Below, piece after piece: positions 58,760 through 64,000 of a stretch of 64,000 nucleotides of DNA. The DNA comes from an uncultured Planctomycetales bacterium (GTDB taxonomy: Bacteria > Planctomycetota > Phycisphaerae > UBA1845 > PWPN01): NCBI GenBank assembly GCA_964653435.1, contig CAZZFA010000004.1:22492-86491 (forward strand). Direction: 5' to 3'. The notes beneath the pieces are model-generated. The model saw nothing but the letters and a program-made list of their open reading frames with translations. It searched no databases and had not been told where the DNA came from. The number at the start of each line of letters is the position of its first letter. Position 1 is the stretch's first letter. A program made the position numbers and the translations under genes.

Positions 58760-59449
58760 GTGGAAAGAAGCGGTTGGCTCCTCGGGCTGTGGATCGGCCT
58801 CTGCGCGGTTCCTGCTGCGTACGCTCTGCCCACCAACGCCGACTTCTCGGCCGGTCTTTCCGGCTGGACGACAAGTGGAACGGTCATCGACGGCGGCGGC
58901 TACGCCGTGCTGCTCGAAGCGACCATGCAGGATTCCAGCTCGCTGTACCAGGACTTCGTCATCGACGCCGGGGCGATTCGCCTCTCGTTCGACTACGCAT
59001 TCCTGACGGACGGCTGGTTCAATCAACAGGCCCTGCCCGATGCGTTTACTGCCCGCCTGCTCGATCCGGTTACGCTCATGCCGATTCTCGCGACGACCGG
59101 CCGGAGCGACTACTTCTACCACGACGCCCGGGGGGAATCCGACAGCCTCGTCTTCGCTCCGATCGCCGTCACCCGCACGCCCGTCAGCGATCCGCTCCGC
59201 CCCGATTGGTATACCATCAGCCTCGACGTCTCCTCACTGACGGCGGGCACCAGCGTCCGGCTCATGTTCGAGCTGCTCGGCGGTGACAACGGTCAGCAGA
59301 CGCTGGCTGCCGTCGACGGCGTGAGCCTCGGCTTCCGCGAAGAACCGATCATTCCGGAGCCGTTGACCGTCGGCCTGGTCGCCGCGGCCCTGGCCGCCCT
59401 GTCGTACCGCTACGGCCGTCGCGAAACGGCCTCTCCAAGTCAGACCTGA
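58760..59449 (+). CDS. secreted PEP-CTERM sorting-domain protein
   Basis: GTG 58760 lies 6 nt after SD GGAGG (the track ORF starts at 58676). The signal peptide is VERSGWLLGLWIGLCAVPAAYA. The C-terminus IIPEPLTVGLVAAALAALSYRYGRRE is a PEP motif + TM + basic tail. Confidence 0.8.
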   Translation: MERSGWLLGLWIGLCAVPAAYALPTNADFSAGLSGWTTSGTVIDGGGYAVLLEATMQDSSSLYQDFVIDAGAIRLSFDYAFLTDGWFNQQALPDAFTARLLDPVTLMPILATTGRSDYFYHDARGESDSLVFAPIAVTRTPVSDPLRPDWYTISLDVSSLTAGTSVRLMFELLGGDNGQQTLAAVDGVSLGFREEPIIPEPLTVGLVAAALAALSYRYGRRETASPSQT

Positions 59450-59792
59450 AGCGGCGGCAGTTGATCCGTCCTGCCCTCGGCCGATCGCGGCGCCGGCGTC
59501 CCGTCGCACGTCCGGTCGCTCAGTCCCCGGCCTGCATTGTGGTTCCGCACGCCGCCCCATTCCCTGAAGAAGAAGGGCGAACGCTTGCTTTCGAATCAGC
59601 GATGCCATTTGCCAGTGTCATGAGGGACTACTTGTAAGGGTATCGAAGCTTTCGGAACAGAACGCGATCTCGGCATGTGCGAACCTCCTCGGCGCACGCA
59701 CGGTCAGTGACCGCGATGCAAAGCGCTTCCGGCCGCACTGCCGACCGCCGGCGGGTCCTCGTACCAAACGAGATGGGCGAGACGTATTGTAA

Positions 59793-59866
59793 CGCGAGCG
59801 GCGCGATTCGAACGCGCGACCTGCGGTTTAGGAAACCGCTGCTCTATCCTGCTGAGCTACGCCCGC
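59793..59866 (-). tRNA. tRNA-Arg (anticodon CCT)
   Basis: Hand-folded on the minus strand: acceptor GCGGGCG/CGCTCGC (one G-U), D arm GCTC-AGCAGGATA-GAGC, anticodon stem GCGGT/ACCGC with loop TTCCTAA, T arm GCGCG-TTCGAAT-CGCGC, discriminator G. It is 74 nt. Confidence 0.95.
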
Positions 59867-60058
59867 ATGAGCATGTGCCCGTTATCCGGGGGACGGGCCG
59901 ATCCAGCCCCCATATTGCACTCCACACGGGGCTGCGGCCGAAGGCCGTGCTACGGCACTGTGAACGGGCGAGACTGTCCGACCGAGAACGGCACTCGGCG
60001 TCCGCGTCGTCCCGCCTGTACGTTCGTAAGCCTATCCGAAATCAGTCGTTCCGACAAG

Positions 60059-60718
60059 TCATCGGCGACGCCGGACGGTTCCGCTCGGCCTCGCCGCGCG
60101 ATCGATCTCGGCGCGGCGGGCGCAACGACGGGCGCGGCGGGCCGGGGTTGGCTTGGGCGTCATCGCCTGCTCGATCAGGTCGCACAGGATGTGGTAGGCA
60201 ACCTGGTGAATCTCCTGGATGCGGTCGCTCGATTCATGCGGGACGCTGAGGCAGTGTGCGCAGAGCGGCTTGAGGGCCCCGCCGTCGCTTCCGGTGAAGC
60301 CGACCACAATCGCGCCGAGCCTGCGGGCGACCGCGGCAGCGGCGAGGATATTGGCGGAGCGGCCCGACGTGGAGAAGAGCCAGACGACGTCGCCCCGGCG
60401 CACATGCGCCTCGATCTGACGCGCGAAGACCCGCTCGTAGCCGTAGTCGTTCGCGACGGCGGTCAGGGCCGAGGTGTCCGTCGTCAGAGCGACGGCCGGC
60501 AATGCCGCCCGCTCCCGCCGAAGACGCCCGACGAGTTCGGCCGCCACGTGCTGCGCGTCGGCTGCGCTGCCGCCGTTGCCGGCCAGGTAGAGCCGCTTCC
60601 CGGCGCGGAAGGCCCGGGAGGTCCGCCGGGCGATCCGGACGAGCAGGCCCTGCTGCTGCGCGAGGGCGGCGGCGCAACGTTCGTGATCGGCGAGAGCGGA
60701 CTGGATCGTCGGGTTCAC
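60059..60718 (-). CDS. gmhA: D-sedoheptulose-7-phosphate isomerase (SIS domain)
   Basis: GTG 60718 gives VNPTIQSALADHERC...LYLAGNGGSAADAQHVAAEL...FSTSGRSANIL. The GTG overlaps the hldE TGA (GTGA at 60715-60718). The upstream extension of the track ORF to 61321 is an out-of-frame shadow of hldE. Confidence 0.85.
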   Translation of the reverse strand: MNPTIQSALADHERCAAALAQQQGLLVRIARRTSRAFRAGKRLYLAGNGGSAADAQHVAAELVGRLRRERAALPAVALTTDTSALTAVANDYGYERVFARQIEAHVRRGDVVWLFSTSGRSANILAAAAVARRLGAIVVGFTGSDGGALKPLCAHCLSVPHESSDRIQEIHQVAYHILCDLIEQAMTPKPTPARRARRCARRAEIDRAARPSGTVRRRR

Positions 60719-62205
60719 TGGGGGGGGCTTCCCTTTCGGATGCGTTCGAGCAGGCCGGTCGTGCTGTAGCCCTCGAGGAGATCGAGCAGCACGACCCGGC
60801 CGCCGTGCGATTCCACGAACTCCCGCCCGACGACGCCCTTGTCGGACCAGTCGCAGCCCTTCACGAGAACGTCGGGGCGGATCTTGCGGATAATCTGTTC
60901 GGGAGTGGGTTCGTCGAAGATGACGACGTAATCGACGTACTGAAGCGCCGAGAGCATCTCCGCGCGTTCCTGCTGGTTGCAGATGGGACGATCGGGGCCC
61001 TTGGCCAGCGCGCGGACCGAGGCGTCGCTGTTGAGGCCGACGACGACGACAGTTCCGAGCTGGCGGCAGCGGGCGAGGAAGCGGATGTGCCCGGGGTGCA
61101 GCAGGTCGAAGCAGCCGTTGGTGAAGACGATCGAGTCGCCGCGCTGCCGGCGCAGAGCGAGTTCGGAGACGAGTTCGTCGGCGCTTCGCTGCTTTCCCGC
61201 GCCGTCGCCTTCGGCGAGGCGCAGGTCGGCGATCACCTCCTCGCGGGTGATGGGAACGCAACCGAACTTCTCGACCTCGAGCCCGCCCGCCACGTTGGCC
61301 AGGCGAGCGGCCTCGACCCACGAAGCGCCCGCGGCGACGGCGGCGGCGAGCATGGCGAGGACGGCGTCGCCGGCACCGGTGTTGTCGTAGACCGACCGCG
61401 CCCGGGTGGGCACATGCACGGGCTGCTCGCCGCGAAGGCGGAGCAGCGAGCCTTCGCGGTCAAGCGTGACGAGCAGGGCCTCGATGTCGAGGCCGTCGGC
61501 GAAACGGGCGGCGGCGGCGCGGATCGTCTCGAAGCGGTCGTCATCGAGGCCGGCGGCGAGGCAGAACTCGCTGCGGTTGGGTGTGAGCGCGGTAGCCCCG
61601 CGGTACTTGCCGTAATCCGGGATTCGTGCCGGATCGACGAGGACGGGCTTGGCGTGTTCGCCGGCGAGGCGGATGAGCTGCCGGCAGAGGGCCTCGCTCA
61701 CGACGCCCTTGTCGTAGTCCTCGATGCAGACGACGTCGACGGCGGGGACGAACCGCCCGATGATTTCGAGTAACCGCGCTTCGTCGTCCGGGGCGAGGGG
61801 CTCGGACGATTCGTCGTCGAGGCGGAGCAACTGCTGGCGATGGCGATGCTGGGCGAGGCCCACGAAGCGCGTCTTGGTGGTGGTGGGGCGGTCCATGACG
61901 GCCAGGACGCCCCGCGTGCCGATCTCCATGTCGTCGAGCATGGCGCGGATACGGTGTCCTTCGTCGTCCAGACCCACCACGCCGCCGCAGGTGACCTTGA
62001 GGCCCAGCGTCACGAGCGAGGCGGCCACGCTTCCCGTGCCGCCGACGCGCTCCTCGCGGTGTCGCTTCGTGAGCACCGGGACGGGGGCCTCCGGACTGAT
62101 GCGGTCCGCGTCGCCGTAGATGTAGCGGTCCAGGATCAGATCGCCGACGAGCAGCACGCGCTGCTTGCGGAACGACTCGACGATTTCGACCAGGCGGCCG
62201 GCCAA
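60715..62205 (-). CDS. hldE: bifunctional D-beta-D-heptose 7-phosphate kinase / D-beta-D-heptose 1-phosphate adenylyltransferase
   Basis: 496 aa with a TTG start. The N-terminus is MAGRLVEIVESFRKQRVLLVGDLILDRYIYGDADRISPEAPVPVL. The C-terminal cytidylyltransferase region is VFTNGCFDLLHPGHIRFL. Confidence 0.9.
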   Translation of the reverse strand: MAGRLVEIVESFRKQRVLLVGDLILDRYIYGDADRISPEAPVPVLTKRHREERVGGTGSVAASLVTLGLKVTCGGVVGLDDEGHRIRAMLDDMEIGTRGVLAVMDRPTTTKTRFVGLAQHRHRQQLLRLDDESSEPLAPDDEARLLEIIGRFVPAVDVVCIEDYDKGVVSEALCRQLIRLAGEHAKPVLVDPARIPDYGKYRGATALTPNRSEFCLAAGLDDDRFETIRAAAARFADGLDIEALLVTLDREGSLLRLRGEQPVHVPTRARSVYDNTGAGDAVLAMLAAAVAAGASWVEAARLANVAGGLEVEKFGCVPITREEVIADLRLAEGDGAGKQRSADELVSELALRRQRGDSIVFTNGCFDLLHPGHIRFLARCRQLGTVVVVGLNSDASVRALAKGPDRPICNQQERAEMLSALQYVDYVVIFDEPTPEQIIRKIRPDVLVKGCDWSDKGVVGREFVESHGGRVVLLDLLEGYSTTGLLERIRKGSPPQ

Positions 62206-62327
62206 GGCGACGATCCTCGTCTCGCGACAGATCTCACGGCAACGCGAAAATGCTAGGGACGCCGCATCCGCTTGTCAATCGGGGCGCATGTTCGGCGGGG
62301 TTTCGTGCCAGGCGCGGGCGGGGTAGC

Positions 62328-63038
62328 ATGGATCGCGTGCCTGCCGGCGATGAGGTCATCATGGCATCGGGGCGATTCGCAAACGACGTTCCGTGCGACC
62401 CTGCGGCGATCCGCGTCCGCAATCCGCCGTGGGTCTCGGCCGCCTGTGCCGACGCGCGGGCGTTTGCCCGAGTCGTTGCCGAGCGGGTGCGTCCGGGCCA
62501 GCGTGTGCTCGATCTGGGAACGGGCACGGGCATCCTCGCGATCGTTCTGGCGAAGGCCGGCATCGACGTGGTGGCGACGGACATCTCGGCGTCCGCCGTA
62601 CGCACGGCCCGTGCGAACGCCGCGCGCAACGGCGTGTGCTTTGACTGCTATCAGTCGGACCTGCTGAAGGCGGTGGAGGGGCGGTTCGATCTGATTGCGT
62701 TCAACCCGCCGTACAACGTGCGGCGCGACACGCTTCCGGCGAACATCGCGAAGAACCTGCTGCGCCGGATTCCGTGGGTGCAGCGGAACTGCGGACGGAT
62801 GATGCCCCCGGCCGTGGTGCGGTTTCACCAGCAGCTCCTCCGGCGCATCGCGGAGGAGTCGCCGTCGCATCTGACCTCCGGCGGGTACGTGATGCTTCAC
62901 GCGTATGCGGCGGAGGCCGAGGCGTGGCGCAAGGCCCTGCCGGCGGGATTCGACGCGGCGGTCGTCGAGCATCCGGCGTTGCGGGAGTTCGGGACGGTGG
63001 CCGTGGTGATGTATCCGCCGCCGGGATCGACAGGTTGA
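62328..63038 (+). CDS. HemK/PrmC-like N5-glutamine (or N6-adenine) methyltransferase
   Basis: It has VLDLGTGTGILAIVLA and the catalytic FNPPY. The start is uncertain (track 62250; ATG 62328 or 62361). Confidence 0.75.
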   Translation: MDRVPAGDEVIMASGRFANDVPCDPAAIRVRNPPWVSAACADARAFARVVAERVRPGQRVLDLGTGTGILAIVLAKAGIDVVATDISASAVRTARANAARNGVCFDCYQSDLLKAVEGRFDLIAFNPPYNVRRDTLPANIAKNLLRRIPWVQRNCGRMMPPAVVRFHQQLLRRIAEESPSHLTSGGYVMLHAYAAEAEAWRKALPAGFDAAVVEHPALREFGTVAVVMYPPPGSTG

Positions 63039-63069
63039 CCGTCAGGAGACGAAGCACAAAGGTGCAGAT

Positions 63070-63164
63070 GGTGTCAGGAACCCTTCGACTGCGCAAGCAT
63101 CTTACCTCTGGAGCGCGCCACGCACGAGCGAGGCGGCTTTCGCGGGCGGAAGGTTCCTGACACC
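63070..63164. repeat. long-range inverted repeat (13-bp perfect arms, 69-nt spacer) between convergent genes
   Basis: GGTGTCAGGAACC at 63070-63082 is the reverse complement of GGTTCCTGACACC at 63152-63164. Confidence 0.5.
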
Positions 63165-63172
63165 GTCGGTGT

Positions 63173-64000
63173 CTACGCGGGCTTTCGCGCCGAGACCGTC
63201 ACGATGTCCAGGAGCGTGACCGGCACGTTCAGCCGGTTCAGCATCGCCGCGCCGGGGAAGCGGGCCGCCCGGCGACCGAAGGAGAAGAGCAATCGCTCGA
63301 CGAGGTACCGAGCCGTGTACCAGCAGATTTCCCGTTGCACGTGGATCACGCCCAGTCCGGCGCGGTGCAGCAGACGCCGCAGCGAGGGGACCGAGAAGAA
63401 CCACAGATGTTCCGGCAGGTTGTACAGGTGCCACCGATCGCCGGTCACGCGGGCGGCGAGCGAGCCGATGTCGCCCGTGCTGAGCGTCAGAATGCCGCCG
63501 GGTTCCAGGCGCCCGGCAAGCAGGTTCAGCGCTTCGTCGGGTGCGGGCAGATGCTCGATCACATCCCAGAGCGTGATCAGATCGAACCCGCCGTCGATCC
63601 GCGCCAGATGTTCCGCGTCGATGGGGCCGGTGACGATCCGCTGATGCAGTTGCTCGCGGCCGTAGCGCGCGGCGAATTCCGAGACCTCCAGGCCGCGGGC
63701 GTCCAGGCCTGCCTCAGCCGCGGCCTTTACGAAGAACCCGGGTCCGCAGCCGACGTCCAACAGCCTCCGTGCCGCGGGATGCAGGCGGTGAAGCTGGCCG
63801 ACCCGCGCGCGGTTCGTGCGCTCCAGGGCGGCGGCCAGGGCGAGATAGTCGCCATAGCCCTTCCGGGCGTCGGGACTCACGAAGTAGGCGTCGTCGTAAA
63901 AGGCGCCGGCGTCGAGCTCGACGTTCAGCGTGTGGCCGAGCAGACAGCGGGGGCACTGGCCGATCGCATAGCCGCGGACCCGGCGCAGGAGGCGCAGGCG
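63173..64000 (-). CDS. class I SAM-dependent methyltransferase; N-terminus runs off the right window edge
   Basis: The track ORF starts at GTG 63880, but the frame stays open to 64000 (…GQCPRCLLGHTLNVELDAGAFYDDAYFVSPDARKGYGDY). Motif I is LLDVGCGPGFF. Confidence 0.75.
   Translation of the reverse strand, partial: RLRLLRRVRGYAIGQCPRCLLGHTLNVELDAGAFYDDAYFVSPDARKGYGDYLALAAALERTNRARVGQLHRLHPAARRLLDVGCGPGFFVKAAAEAGLDARGLEVSEFAARYGREQLHQRIVTGPIDAEHLARIDGGFDLITLWDVIEHLPAPDEALNLLAGRLEPGGILTLSTGDIGSLAARVTGDRWHLYNLPEHLWFFSVPSLRRLLHRAGLGVIHVQREICWYTARYLVERLLFSFGRRAARFPGAAMLNRLNVPVTLLDIVTVSARKPA

Larger units (their letters stand above)
43669..59866. mobile_element. tRNA-Arg-associated genomic island (integrase-less remnant) carrying the giant Rhs gene
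   Basis: The geometry is canonical: an intact tRNA with its 3' end facing the island, and a same-orientation 3'-half direct repeat 16.1 kb away. No integrase ORF lies inside. Confidence 0.5.

Noticed and set aside
60719-61321. Upstream extension of the gmhA ORF to 420 aa.
   Set aside because: The extension is Arg/Pro-rich, overlaps hldE out of frame, and the SIS-domain homology begins exactly at GTG 60718.

Overview
This is a 64-kb high-GC bacterial chromosomal window. Hand counts of single 60-nt lines give 40/60 GC at 18001-18060 (tkt), 41/60 at 50101-50160 (giant gene), 34/60 at 5581-5640 and 32/60 at 44281-44340. The gene content (four Cys-type sulfatases, a PEP-CTERM protein, a 4669-aa adhesin/Rhs giant, b558-type sdhCAB) suggests a Planctomycetota/PVC-like organism; this is inference only. 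The window falls into four blocks. (1) 1-16.0 kb is a lower-GC integrative element ending in an excisionase-like HTH and a tyrosine integrase next to tRNA-Gly(CCC). It carries a Prim-Pol, a replication-relaxation protein, a TM-less FtsK/VirD4-like ATPase, an HTH-STAND-WD40 protein (missed by the ORF track) and an operon of unknowns. That operon includes a five-member paralogue family and a 4x CCHC-repeat mini-protein. (2) 16.7-43.3 kb is core: gatC, tkt, a sulfatase/glycan-degradation cluster, mutS, a TlpA-like redoxin, a radical-SAM enzyme, GT2 plus methyltransferase, and sdhCAB. (3) 43.67-59.87 kb is a 16.2-kb segment bracketed by a 36-nt direct repeat of the 3' half of tRNA-Arg(CCT). It has no integrase and is essentially one 14-kb gene (signal peptide, PKD-like, LamG-like, alpha/alpha toroid, about 12 cadherin-like repeats, YD/Rhs shell, unrecognised C-terminal domain) plus a PEP-CTERM protein. 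(4) The right end holds gmhA-hldE and methyltransferases. Most other long ORFs in the track are antisense shadows typical of high GC. The best candidates for something new are the unknown operon plus soluble ATPase on the integrative element, and the tRNA-flanked Rhs giant, which has an embedded membrane hairpin, an orphan C-terminal domain and no immunity gene.
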